Origin: Candidatus Pacearchaeota archaeon
GTDB lineage: Archaea > Nanobdellota > Nanobdellia > Pacearchaeales > GW2011-AR1
NCBI GenBank assembly: GCA_023139205.1
Contig: JAGLOA010000002.1
Span: 27,530-91,529 of the forward strand
Length of the DNA stretch: 64,000 nucleotides
Direction: 5' to 3'
Within the stretch, counting starts at the first letter, position 1, and each line of letters starts with the position of its first letter. Both the position numbers and the translations under genes were made by a program. The notes under the pieces are model-generated. The model was not told where the DNA came from. It saw only the letters and a program-made list of their open reading frames with translations, and ran no database searches. This document shows, piece by piece, positions 37,799 to 47,712 of this stretch.

Positions 37799-38937
37799 AA
37801 CAAATTTATCTTGACAATGCTGCAACAACAAAAGTTGATGATGAAGTTGTGAAAGCTATGTTGCCTTATTTTACTGAAAAATTTGGAAATGCTTCTTCAC
37901 AGCATTTAGTTGGAAGAGAAGCAAAAGAAGCTTTGGAGAAAAGTAGGAAAATTATTGCAAAATCAATTGGTGCAAAAACTAGGGAAATTATCTTTACATC
38001 TGGAGGAACAGAATCAAATAATCTTGCGTTGAAGGGTTTGTTCTTTGAAAATTATCCTGAAAAAAATCATATTATTACAACTAAAATAGAGCATGATTGT
38101 ATTTTAAATTCCTGCAAATGGCTTGAAACACAAGGAGCTAAAGTTACTTATCTTGATGTTGATGAAAATGGATTTGTTAATCCTGAGGAAGTTAGAAAAG
38201 CAATAACTGATAAGACAATTGTTGTTTCAATTATTCATGGAAATAATGAAATTGGTGTGATTCAGGATTTAGAAGCAATTGGGAAAATATGCAAAGAAAA
38301 AAATGTTTTATTTCATACAGATGCGTGCCAGAGTTTTACAAAAGTTCCTATAAATTTTAAGAAACAAAATTTAAGTTTAGTGACTTTAAATTCTCATAAA
38401 ATTCATGGACCTAAGGGTGTTGGGGCTTTGTATATTAAAGAAGGGACTAAAATAACCCCCTTGGCTCATGGAGGAGGACATGAAAGAAATTTAAGAGGTG
38501 GAACAGAAAATGTTCCAGGCATTGTTGGATTTGCAAAAGCAGTGGAAATTTCTAAACAAAAAGATATTACAGGGATGGCAGAATTAAGGGATAAATTAAT
38601 TAAAGAAATTTTGAAAATCCCTAACACAAGATTAAATGGTTCAAATGAAAAAAGATTATGCACTAATGTAAATGTTTCATTTAATAATATAGAAGGTGAG
38701 GCAATTGGAGGTTATCTGGAAAATGAAGGAATTTATACTTCAACTGGCTCTGCGTGTATGTCAAATACTTTAGAATCGAGCCATGTTTTAAAAGCAATTG
38801 GGCTTTCTCCTATTCAGTCAAATAGTTCATTAAGAATAAGTTTAAGTAAATATACAACTGAAGAAGAGATTGATTATGTTTTAGAAAAACTTTCAAAAGT
38901 AGTTAAAAAATTAAGGATGATTAGTCCAATAAAATGA
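37795..38937 (+). CDS. iscS: cysteine desulfurase (IscS/NifS class)
   Basis: PLP-lysine motif SHKIHGPKGVGALY, active-site SACMS-type Cys (TGSACMSN) and N-terminal IYLDNAATT. Confidence 0.9.
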   Translation: MKQIYLDNAATTKVDDEVVKAMLPYFTEKFGNASSQHLVGREAKEALEKSRKIIAKSIGAKTREIIFTSGGTESNNLALKGLFFENYPEKNHIITTKIEHDCILNSCKWLETQGAKVTYLDVDENGFVNPEEVRKAITDKTIVVSIIHGNNEIGVIQDLEAIGKICKEKNVLFHTDACQSFTKVPINFKKQNLSLVTLNSHKIHGPKGVGALYIKEGTKITPLAHGGGHERNLRGGTENVPGIVGFAKAVEISKQKDITGMAELRDKLIKEILKIPNTRLNGSNEKRLCTNVNVSFNNIEGEAIGGYLENEGIYTSTGSACMSNTLESSHVLKAIGLSPIQSNSSLRISLSKYTTEEEIDYVLEKLSKVVKKLRMISPIK

Positions 38938-39155
38938 AAATAACAAAAAAGACAAAGATTTCAAAGATTGTGGAAGAAAAGCCAGAAGCAGTTGAGATCT
39001 TATTTGATGCTGGGATGGGCTGTGTAGGCTGTCCTATGGCTCAACAAGAGACTTTAGAACAAGGTTGTTTAGCTCATGGAATGGATGAAGAAAAAATTAA
39101 TGAACTGGTTGAGAGGTTGAGTGAAGAGATTGGAGAGAAAAATGGTAAAAATTAA
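38934..39155 (+). CDS. small CxxC protein (DUF1858-like redox protein)
   Basis: 73 aa. GMGCVGCPMAQQETLEQGC motif. Confidence 0.4.
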   Translation: MKITKKTKISKIVEEKPEAVEILFDAGMGCVGCPMAQQETLEQGCLAHGMDEEKINELVERLSEEIGEKNGKN

Positions 39156-39636
39156 ATCATTTGAAGGAGAAGAGAAAGATATAGAATGTATTGGATGTGC
39201 ATTACAAAAAGGAATTATTAAATTCTCTACAGGATTAATTTATGAAGGAAAATATTTTGAAGTAAGACAAGATTATGAATTACCTATAGAGGGATTTTTC
39301 ATAATTTCTTCTAAAAGACATATTATTGGTTTTGCTGATTTTACAGAAAATGAACAAAAAGAATTTATTGAAATTCTTTGTAAATTAAGAAAGATTATGA
39401 GAGAAAAATTAAAGATAAAGTATGTAGAAATATTCATGAGAGAACATACTATTAAGAGTAAAAAAGCTCCATCACATTTCCATATTGGATTGTTACCCAA
39501 ATATGATTGGATGAAAAAATTTAAAGATACGAAACAGATTTTTGAATATGCAAAAGAAAAAAGAAAAACAAAAAAGAATTTGGAAAAAATAAAGAAAATT
39601 GCAAATAAAGTAAAAAAAGAGTTGAATAAAAAATAA
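39142..39636 (+). CDS. HIT-superfamily-like protein with a degenerate triad
   Basis: CIGCAL N-terminal motif and SHFHIGLLPKY (HxHx..P) near the C-terminus. Likely start is Met 39142 inside the listed ORF 39121..39636. Confidence 0.4.
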   Translation: MVKIKSFEGEEKDIECIGCALQKGIIKFSTGLIYEGKYFEVRQDYELPIEGFFIISSKRHIIGFADFTENEQKEFIEILCKLRKIMREKLKIKYVEIFMREHTIKSKKAPSHFHIGLLPKYDWMKKFKDTKQIFEYAKEKRKTKKNLEKIKKIANKVKKELNKK

Positions 39637-39637
39637 A

Positions 39638-40351
39638 ATGAAAACTAGTGAGATAAAAAATCAATTAAAGAAAATTGCACAGGACTTTGGTTTAAAATAT
39701 AATTCAAATTGGTTTAATGTTTTGTGGATTTCAAAAAGACATGAAATTTTAACTGAATATGTTGGAATTTGCCCAGATCCAATTTATCAAAAATATGGAA
39801 AAACAGCAGAACAAAGAATAAAAAATATTGATAAGTTTGTAAATTCGGCAGATTTTAAAGAGTGTGTAAAAAGATATGGAGGACAGGTTGTTACAAGGAG
39901 AGGATTAGAGATTATTGAAAAAAATTATAAAAAAATTAAAAATCTAAAGTTAAAAAAAGAATTATTAAAATTAAACAAAAAAATAAAAGATAACTTAGGA
40001 AAAAATAAATGTCTTGCACTTCTTACAAGATCAAAAATAAAATCAGAAGAAGAAAAAATAAAGACGATTATTCTTCGTCACGAATGGATTCATATACTTA
40101 TGGATGAAAATAATCTTGGATTTGAAGAATTAGGGAAGAACATATATTGGAAATATAATGAGGGATTAGTAACATATTTTGAAAATTATTTAGATAAAAC
40201 TCTTAAAAAACTTGAAATGAAATTGGATCGGGAAAGATATCCTATGGAAAAATATTACTATCTTTATGGGCTTAAGTTTAGAGAACTTATGAAAAATAAA
40301 AAAACACCTAAAGAGAGGAAAGAGGTAATTTTAAAATTAAATAAAAAATGA
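39638..40351 (+). CDS. hypothetical protein with an HExxH motif
   Basis: LRHEWIHILMDE is a possible zinc-binding HExxH. Otherwise K-rich. Confidence 0.35.
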   Translation: MKTSEIKNQLKKIAQDFGLKYNSNWFNVLWISKRHEILTEYVGICPDPIYQKYGKTAEQRIKNIDKFVNSADFKECVKRYGGQVVTRRGLEIIEKNYKKIKNLKLKKELLKLNKKIKDNLGKNKCLALLTRSKIKSEEEKIKTIILRHEWIHILMDENNLGFEELGKNIYWKYNEGLVTYFENYLDKTLKKLEMKLDRERYPMEKYYYLYGLKFRELMKNKKTPKERKEVILKLNKK

Positions 40352-40719
40352 ACTACACAAAAGAACTACTAAAACATTTTAATAATCCAAAGTTTGTTAA
40401 GAAAATTAAGAATCCAGATGGAGTTGGAGAAGTTGGAAATATTCAGTGCGGAGATGTTATGCATTTGGAAATAAAAGTTAAAGATAATAAAATTGAGGAT
40501 ATTGGTTTTCATACATTTGGATGTGCTGCTGCGATTTCAAGTTCTGATATTGTTTGTGAATTAGTAAAAGGAAAAACTTTAGAAGAAGCTGAAAAAATAA
40601 CAAAAGAGGATATTGTAAAAAAATTAGGTGGAATGCCCCCAATAAAAGTTCATTGTTCTGTTTTAGGAATAAGTGCATTGAAAAAAGCTATTGAGGATTA
40701 TAAGGAGAAAAACAAATGA
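40348..40719 (+). CDS. iscU: Fe-S cluster scaffold IscU/NifU-like
   Basis: GNIQCGDVMHLEIKV, HTFGCAAAI and the KVHCSVLG conserved Cys-containing motifs. Confidence 0.85.
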   Translation: MNYTKELLKHFNNPKFVKKIKNPDGVGEVGNIQCGDVMHLEIKVKDNKIEDIGFHTFGCAAAISSSDIVCELVKGKTLEEAEKITKEDIVKKLGGMPPIKVHCSVLGISALKKAIEDYKEKNK

Positions 40720-41333
40720 AACTTTATTTAACAAGACATGCTCAATCTCTGGAAAATATAGGGATAAAACTGATTAAGGATACTTCTTTAACAGATGTTG
40801 GAAAAGAGCAGGCAAAAAGACTTGGGATTTATTTTAAAAAACTTGATATTAATTTGATTTTTTGCAGTAAATTAAAAAGAGCAAAGGAAACTCTGGATTA
40901 TATTAAACCTTATCTTAGGGGAATAAAGATTGTTTATACAGAAAAAATAAATGAGCATGATCTTGGACATTATTTTGATCAGGGGCTTGATTTTTTTAAA
41001 TTTGAAAAAGATGCGAAAAAACATTCTAAAGGAATTTATGAATTTAAACCAAAAAACGGAGAAAGTTATTCAGAATTATTTGAAAGAGCAGGAAAGTTTT
41101 ATAATGTTTTGAGAAAGCAAAAATCAAAAAATGTTTTGGTTGTTGGTCATGGGCAGTTTACAAAATTTTTGATATTGAAAATTCTTGGATTAGATATTTC
41201 AGAAGAAAGATATTTCAAGTTAAATAATGCTTCTGTGAGTTCTTTTTATATTGACAAAAAAAAGGTAATGGAATTTCATGTTAATGATTCCAATCATATT
41301 TTAAGAGAAGGGATAAGGAAGAATGGTGTGTGA
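40716..41333 (+). CDS. histidine phosphatase (phosphoglycerate mutase family)
   Basis: LYLTRHAQS RHG motif at the N-terminus. LVVGHGQF second His motif. Confidence 0.7.
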   Translation: MKLYLTRHAQSLENIGIKLIKDTSLTDVGKEQAKRLGIYFKKLDINLIFCSKLKRAKETLDYIKPYLRGIKIVYTEKINEHDLGHYFDQGLDFFKFEKDAKKHSKGIYEFKPKNGESYSELFERAGKFYNVLRKQKSKNVLVVGHGQFTKFLILKILGLDISEERYFKLNNASVSSFYIDKKKVMEFHVNDSNHILREGIRKNGV

Positions 41334-41398
41334 AATAAAGGGGGATGTTTAGGAAAAAGGGAGGAGGGGAAAGTCGCATTTTGTTTATGTGATTACTT

Positions 41399-42430
41399 TC
41401 ATTTTTTCTTAGATTCAAACATTTTAACACCCCATGCATTTGCTACTTTTTTCCATTTCTTAGTTTCAGTATCTACTATATAAAGATTATTTCGCCCTTC
41501 TTTTACGAGGATTTGTCTGCTATCCGGCAACCATCTAATAAGGCTGTATCCTGAATTAAATTTATGATCATAGAATATCCAATCTAATATTTTAATAATA
41601 TCTCCAGAGACATTCATTATTATTTTTCCATAGTCATGAATTATTTCTTTTTCTTTATCTGGTGAAAGAGCATAGTTGTTTTCAGGATCATATCCTCTAT
41701 CTACAGATGAATTACCAACACACCCGTCAATAAACTTTACTTCAGATCTCATCGCATTTCCTGTTTTTAGTAGTTCAGAAGATTCCGACCTTAGATTATA
41801 TTTAAAACATTCACGCCTCACGTCATTATTTGAATAAACTCTTGTTCCAATAATTAAAATATCTTCTGAAGTATTATGCCAATATTGGAGTAAACCAACA
41901 GCATTTTTAAAATTATAATTATTTTTTAATTCAAGCACATTAAGATTATCTAAATTAATTAAATGAAAAAAAGGTTCATCTAAACCATCAATCTCTAAAT
42001 CTTCATTATTGTCTATTTCTGAAGAAACAATAAATAAATATTTTCCATCGGGAGAGTATTTATAAGAACTAATTTTCCCCTTACCTTGGAATAATTTTGT
42101 AACAAATTCTCCATTTTCATCTATTTCATAAAATCCTCCTTCAGAATTAATTCCAATCTTTCTTTTTAAAAAATCTAATTTAAATGAATCAACTTTTGAT
42201 TTAAATAATAATTTTTCATTTTCTCCATTACTATCTATTTGATATAATCCTTGTTTGCCTGAAGAAAAAGGATCTTTAGAATAAAATAATCTGTAGGATT
42301 TTAATTCTTCTGACAAGGTTTTATCATAATTAATATAATTTGGTTTTACTGAACATACGATAATTATGCAAAACAATATAAAAATGAATATTCCTCCCAA
42401 GATTAATCCCCATTTTAACAAAGGTTTCAT
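41399..42430 (-). CDS. membrane-anchored extracellular beta-propeller-like protein, unknown function
   Basis: N-terminal transmembrane helix, then repetitive beta-strand-rich sequence. Confidence 0.4.
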   Translation of the reverse strand: MKPLLKWGLILGGIFIFILFCIIIVCSVKPNYINYDKTLSEELKSYRLFYSKDPFSSGKQGLYQIDSNGENEKLLFKSKVDSFKLDFLKRKIGINSEGGFYEIDENGEFVTKLFQGKGKISSYKYSPDGKYLFIVSSEIDNNEDLEIDGLDEPFFHLINLDNLNVLELKNNYNFKNAVGLLQYWHNTSEDILIIGTRVYSNNDVRRECFKYNLRSESSELLKTGNAMRSEVKFIDGCVGNSSVDRGYDPENNYALSPDKEKEIIHDYGKIIMNVSGDIIKILDWIFYDHKFNSGYSLIRWLPDSRQILVKEGRNNLYIVDTETKKWKKVANAWGVKMFESKKK

Positions 42431-42526
42431 ACCTCTTTTAACAATTCTTCATTTTTATACATTCCTTTTTCTCATCATTCCCTTTCATTCAAAAAATTAA
42501 TTACTTATTTCTTTCCTCTTCTTCCT

Positions 42527-44899
42527 TCATTCATCTACCTCAACCTCTTCAACTCCAACAATTCCTCCACGATAATAATAAACATCTTCATAAGGAAGTT
42601 TAACTTTATTTATCTCGCTTAAATCTTCCAAATCATTTGCTTTTATCATTGTTCTTGAAATTGTGTAAAGTGTGTCATCCATGTAAAGAGATCTCTGCAC
42701 AGCATAAGGTCCGTAATAATAACCTTGTTCAGTTGTATTTTCTTTATGGTCTATTTTTCCCTTTAACTCAATTGTGTCTTGGTTTATTTTAAATACAAAA
42801 GATCCTTGCCAGTGCTCATATTTTCTTACTCCTTCTGTGTTTGTCCATTCTTCTGAATAAGACATTGGTAAAACTAATAATTCCCTGTCTTTATCAAACA
42901 AAAATGCTTTGTGATCATATAATGCATTTGAATTAGACCATCTTCCTTTAACTTCGTATTTTGCTTTTTCAATTGGATTTTCAACATCAGACACATCAAA
43001 CAATGCGATTTTAACACCCTGGATTCTTCCTTGTTCTGTTGCTTCTTTTCCTATTCCAATTATGTGGTTTTCGTCATAAGGATGCAAGTAGCTTGAATAT
43101 CCTGTAACTTTTAACTGACCTAAAACTTCTGGATTTTCTGGGTCTGATAAGTCAATTACAAAAAGAGGGTCAACCTTTTTGAAAGTCACCATATAAGCTT
43201 TTTCTCCCAAGAATCTTGCTGAATAAATTTTTTCGCCTTTTGCTAAATCATCTACACTTCCAATTATTTCTAAATTTGAGTCAAGTACATATAAATGATT
43301 CAAGCTATTATCTGACCAGGAATCTCCTGTTGTTGTAGCGATTCTGAAATTATTGTCATACTCATCCATTGAAAATTGATTTAAAACTGTTCCAGGAACT
43401 TCTCCTGCCGTGATATATTCAATATTATTTTCATCAATATTAATTTTATGAACAACTGTTTTTTCTGTTTTTTTCTGAATCTCAATCATAAACTCCTGCA
43501 TTTTTTCAAATAATTCCTGGTCAAACTCTGCTTTTTCTTTTTCTGTTAAACTCATAGAATATTCCTGAACAAGGTTACTAACTTCATTGTATTTTTCATT
43601 AAGAGATTTCTCTGAATCCATTATCTCTTTTATTTCTCTTCTTTGTTCTCTGGGAACAATAGGTTTCATTACTTCATCAACCATTTCTTCTAAATAATTA
43701 TTTGATTTAACTCTCTTAGTGTAAGTTAAATAAATATTCTCCTGAGAAACATAAATATTATGGCTTGCACCTGTCAAAAATGTTTTTGATTCAAATTCTA
43801 AATCCTGTGAATTTATTGCTAAAATATTTGTGAATGTGTAGCTTGTATCAGGATAATTAAAATATGAAATTTTATTTACAGCTATTTCTTCTTTTATTCC
43901 ATCAACCATGATTCCAGGCAAAACAATATTATCAAATCCTACATGCTGGTTTGCAATAACATAAACATAATCATTAATCATTCTCGCATTAACATAATAA
44001 CCATCTGTAGAAATTTCTTTTTCCAACTCTGGGAATTCTTTATCTGTTACATCATATATTTTTATGTCTGTTTTTTGTCCACCTTTATAATTATTTGAAA
44101 AGATTATTAACTTGTTATTATTTAAGAAGATGTTTCTTATATTGCTGACATTTATTTCACTTAAAATTTCCATGTCTTCTGCCGGATAAGCATTTACAAT
44201 AATAACTTTGCTTCCTGAAACAGCGTAAATATATTTTCCGTCATTTTTTACTATGTCTGGTTCATCAACTCCCTTAACCTGTATATTTGTTTCTGAATAA
44301 TCTGATGCTGATTTTGATTCCTGAGTTGAGCCTGTTACAGAATCTGTTCCTGAGGCAAATGTTGCTTCTGCCATTATTTCTCCTCCTCTTAATCCTCCAT
44401 AAGAATCTATCTGCTCTTGATTTTCTTCTAAGAACTTTTCAAGTTGAGAATAAGAGCTAAATGTTTTGATCTCTGTTTGATCTTCATCAATAATTCCTTG
44501 TTGAGGAATCATCAAGCTGATTAATATTACTAAAAACGCAATTGCTGCGATTACAGGAATAATTGTTTTAAGTGTATCAATAGTTGGTTTTGATTTTGGA
44601 GAAATAACTATGTGCTTTTTTGCTAATTTATACATTGGAATTTTTTTTCCTTTTTTACTCCAGAAAAAGTTTTTTGTTTTTTCAACCAACCCAGTTTCTA
44701 ATAATTTTTTCAAATTATACTCTGTAGTATTTATCGGAATATTCAAAGCATCTGCAATATCTTTTTCACTTGCCTGTTTCGTTTCAGCCAAATAATCAAT
44801 TATTTTTTTGCAGGTTTTGTTTCCTAATACTTCTGCTATTTTTTTTGACCTTTTATCATTAAGACCCATTAAAATGAATTTATCGTCCATATAAAGCAT
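42527..44899 (-). CDS. wHTH (ArsR-like) – transmembrane – large extracytoplasmic beta-propeller-type domain protein
   Basis: N-terminal KKIIDYLAETKQASEKDIADALNIPINTTEYNLKKLLETGLVEK (wHTH), one transmembrane helix (IIPVIAAIAFLVILISLMI), then about 650 aa of beta-rich domain. Confidence 0.5.
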   Translation of the reverse strand: MLYMDDKFILMGLNDKRSKKIAEVLGNKTCKKIIDYLAETKQASEKDIADALNIPINTTEYNLKKLLETGLVEKTKNFFWSKKGKKIPMYKLAKKHIVISPKSKPTIDTLKTIIPVIAAIAFLVILISLMIPQQGIIDEDQTEIKTFSSYSQLEKFLEENQEQIDSYGGLRGGEIMAEATFASGTDSVTGSTQESKSASDYSETNIQVKGVDEPDIVKNDGKYIYAVSGSKVIIVNAYPAEDMEILSEINVSNIRNIFLNNNKLIIFSNNYKGGQKTDIKIYDVTDKEFPELEKEISTDGYYVNARMINDYVYVIANQHVGFDNIVLPGIMVDGIKEEIAVNKISYFNYPDTSYTFTNILAINSQDLEFESKTFLTGASHNIYVSQENIYLTYTKRVKSNNYLEEMVDEVMKPIVPREQRREIKEIMDSEKSLNEKYNEVSNLVQEYSMSLTEKEKAEFDQELFEKMQEFMIEIQKKTEKTVVHKINIDENNIEYITAGEVPGTVLNQFSMDEYDNNFRIATTTGDSWSDNSLNHLYVLDSNLEIIGSVDDLAKGEKIYSARFLGEKAYMVTFKKVDPLFVIDLSDPENPEVLGQLKVTGYSSYLHPYDENHIIGIGKEATEQGRIQGVKIALFDVSDVENPIEKAKYEVKGRWSNSNALYDHKAFLFDKDRELLVLPMSYSEEWTNTEGVRKYEHWQGSFVFKINQDTIELKGKIDHKENTTEQGYYYGPYAVQRSLYMDDTLYTISRTMIKANDLEDLSEINKVKLPYEDVYYYRGGIVGVEEVEVDE

Positions 44900-44968
44900 A
44901 GGAAAAAGCCATTTATAAATAAAGCGAAGACTTCAAAGGGGATTGAAGTTATTAGAAAGATTTAATTA

Positions 44969-45259
44969 TTGAACTTTTTTATATATGAAATGACAGAAAA
45001 AGAATTAAGAAAAAAATTAGAAGAATATGCAAACAAAGCTGGATTTAAATTAAATCCTGATGAAAAAATTCTTGAATTTGTATTAAAAGGGCTTGTTAAA
45101 AATAAAGAAAAGCACGGAGAAATTTATTGCCCATGCAGAGTTGTTACAGGAGATAAAGAAAAAGATAAAGAGATAATTTGTCCTTGTGTATTTCATAAAC
45201 AGGAAATAAAAGAAACAGGACATTGTAAATGCAATCTTTTTTTTGCAAAATCAGATTAA
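44969..45259 (+). CDS. ferredoxin-thioredoxin reductase catalytic-subunit-like protein
   Basis: CPCR…CPC…HCKC spacing typical of FTR catalytic subunits. 96 aa. Confidence 0.55.
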   Translation: MNFFIYEMTEKELRKKLEEYANKAGFKLNPDEKILEFVLKGLVKNKEKHGEIYCPCRVVTGDKEKDKEIICPCVFHKQEIKETGHCKCNLFFAKSD

Positions 45260-45622
45260 AGCTTTTATTTCCTTAAGGAAAATGTTATCATAAGCTAAAA
45301 TTCTAATTAACCCATTATTAATTAAATAATCTCTCCTTTTTTCTTTTTCCTTAGAATCTTTAGAGAAAGAAGCTAAATAAATGGCTGTGCATTCTACTGG
45401 TTCTTCTTCCCAGATCGGATGTGAATTCCAAGAGGGTTTTTCTAGAAATCTTGCTGATGCTAAATTTAATTTACGTTGCAAATCATAATTCCTTACCAAA
45501 TTTTGGAAGGGGATGTCAATTGTTTTATCTGAAACATTAAATCCTTCTGGAGTACCAAGAATGTACTTTTCAGTAGATAAAAAGAAAAAAGGTCCATCCT
45601 CGCTCTTACTTTTTTGTTCCAT
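45251..45622 (-). CDS. hypothetical protein
   Basis: 123-aa ORF. Confidence 0.3.
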   Translation of the reverse strand: MEQKSKSEDGPFFFLSTEKYILGTPEGFNVSDKTIDIPFQNLVRNYDLQRKLNLASARFLEKPSWNSHPIWEEEPVECTAIYLASFSKDSKEKEKRRDYLINNGLIRILAYDNIFLKEIKALI

Positions 45623-45672
45623 TTTGTTTTGTTACTGAAAACCTATATAAATCTATCTGTGATACTTTTTAC

Positions 45673-46536
45673 ATGAACATAGAAACAAAAGTTAAACAGA
45701 CTCTTAAAAAAATTAAAGTTGTTGTTGCACCTAACCTGGTAGGTCTTGGAGAAGGTGTACCCCCAAATACTAAAGCTGGGGGCAAAAAAGGTAAAATTCT
45801 TGTAGCTTTATCAGGAGGAAAGGATTCTGTTGTTGTTGCTTATTTGCTGAAAAAGTTTGGGTATAATATTGAGGGATTGTATGTTGATTTGTGTGTGGGA
45901 GAACATACTAAAAAATGTCTGGAAGCTGTTGAAAAATTATGCAAAGAGTTAAAGATTAAACTTCATGTTTATAATCTAAAAAAAGAACAAGGAAAAACCA
46001 TGAAAGAGCTTTGGAAGAAGACGAAAAAAATTAGATTAAATAATTGTGCTGTTTGTGGGGTTTTGAAAAAATGGGTTTTAAATAGGGAAGCAAGAAAATT
46101 AAAAGCTGATAAAATTGCAACAGGCCATAATTTAGATGATGAGGCACAGACGTGCTTGATGAATGTTTTTAAGGGAAGTATAAATTTAAGTGCTGGTTCT
46201 GGTGCAATTACAAAAAATATTTCTGATAAAAAATTTATTCCAAGGATAAAACCTTTATTTTATATTTCTGAAAATGAGATTAGAAAATATGCCCTGGAAA
46301 AAAAATTATGTTTTGTTGAAGGAAAATGTCCTTATGCACAGGATTCATACAGAATACAAGTAAGGAAATTTGTTGATGGTCTTCTAGAAAAAGACAAGAA
46401 AAATATTCTTAAGAATTTTGAGGTTATTTCTAAAAAACAAAAAACTAATGAGAAAATAAATTATTGTAAAATTTGCGGCGAGCCTTCAAGAAATCAGATT
46501 TGCAAGAGATGCGAATTAATGAACTTAAAAAATTAG
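45673..46536 (+). CDS. PP-loop ATPase of the TtcA/Ncs6 tRNA thiolation family
   Basis: SGGKDS PP-loop, CAVCG and C-terminal CKICG…CKRC zinc-finger motifs. Confidence 0.7.
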   Translation: MNIETKVKQTLKKIKVVVAPNLVGLGEGVPPNTKAGGKKGKILVALSGGKDSVVVAYLLKKFGYNIEGLYVDLCVGEHTKKCLEAVEKLCKELKIKLHVYNLKKEQGKTMKELWKKTKKIRLNNCAVCGVLKKWVLNREARKLKADKIATGHNLDDEAQTCLMNVFKGSINLSAGSGAITKNISDKKFIPRIKPLFYISENEIRKYALEKKLCFVEGKCPYAQDSYRIQVRKFVDGLLEKDKKNILKNFEVISKKQKTNEKINYCKICGEPSRNQICKRCELMNLKN

Positions 46537-46537
46537 A

Positions 46538-46801
46538 TTATTTTTTCTTCTTAGATTTCTTTTTTTCTGGTTTCTTTGTTTTAAGTTTACAACACTTCAT
46601 TTTTGAGAATACAAATATATAAAGAATTGATAAAATTCCAAACATATTAACTAGAGCCAAAATAATAAACCAAATTACTGAACCTTTTCTTGCTGATTTC
46701 CATAATGCTAAAAGTTTCCAGGGGATAGTCCAAAAAAGAATTACTATTAATAACCAGAAGGATATTCCAAGTTGCTGTGCGATTATTTTTAAAGATTCCA
46801 T
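46538..46801 (-). CDS. small two-transmembrane-helix membrane protein with a poly-Lys tail
   Basis: 87 aa, two hydrophobic helices, KKPEKKKSKKKK end. Confidence 0.35.
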   Translation of the reverse strand: MESLKIIAQQLGISFWLLIVILFWTIPWKLLALWKSARKGSVIWFIILALVNMFGILSILYIFVFSKMKCCKLKTKKPEKKKSKKKK

Positions 46802-46927
46802 TTCATCACCTTTTTATATTATTTTAAGGGTAAAATAGTTTAAAAATGTTTTTGATGACAATAATTCTTATAAAAGATTATTTTCTTAGCCAAGAATGAA
46901 AAGACAAATAACAAAGGATACAAACAT

Positions 46928-47460
46928 TTGGATTCCAAATTACTCTGTGAATACAAACTGCCTTTAGTGGAATTGCTTTTAGATAAAACAGAAGATGTTT
47001 TTGGATTTGTTATTTCGAAAGAGTCTCTTTTTGGGGAAAAGTATAGATTTTTAATTGGGTCTGATAAAAAAAATGGGAAAACAAATGTTTATCACCATCA
47101 TTCCTCTTGGGATATTTATGGGCATCAAGAATTCTTTGGATTGGGTTTTTTGGGGATGAAAATCATAAATCTAAAATTAAAGAAATTGTTAATAAGAAAC
47201 TATTAACTAACTCTGATTTAGAGAATAATCTTAATTTTGATGTTGGTGGGGGAATTTGGTTTTCAATTCTTAATAATTTAAAAGATGGTTTTTCAACGTC
47301 TGGTCTTAGATTAGAGAACTCTGAAATTAAGTATAAACCTGACATTAAAGAGATATATAATTGCTTGTTGAATAAAGTTTATGATAAAAAAGAGATTGGA
47401 TTTAAGCCTGAGTTTGAGGAAGATGTGAAGAGTAACTATGGTTTTAAATTCTCCATTTAA
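46928..47460 (+). pseudogene. hypothetical gene split over two overlapping frames (frameshift within about 47065-47160)
   Basis: ORFs 46928..47206 and 47107..47460 overlap in adjacent frames. Both frames are open between 47068 and 47206, and two homopolymers (A8 at 47065-47072; T6G4 at about 47147-47156) lie in the overlap. Confidence 0.35.
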
Positions 47461-47534
47461 AAAACATTAAGTTGTTATTATGATTTAGTGGAAAGAAATG
47501 TTTAAATAGTATTTATTTCTTAGTTTCTTGCCCA

Positions 47535-47581
47535 TACAATTTGTAGTTGTTTAGTGGATTTGACATACAACATATTGTATA
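47535..47581 (+). promoter_or_regulatory. two AT-rich imperfect palindromes upstream of nrdR (TACAATTTGTA and ACATACAACATATTGTATA), possible NrdR-box-like operators
   Basis: ACAA…TTGT half-sites, about 33 bp centre to centre, 130-180 bp upstream of nrdR. They match the bacterial NrdR box consensus only loosely. Confidence 0.2.
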
Positions 47582-47712
47582 AAGGGGACCAAGGTTCCCC
47601 TTATCAAACTCATTCGTTGAAAAGTCGTTATTGATTATTAAAATTAGTCGCTGTTCAACAAATTCGCCCCTCCTGTTAAGTTTGGGGGTTCACGCCTGAT
47701 TAACCAAAAAAA

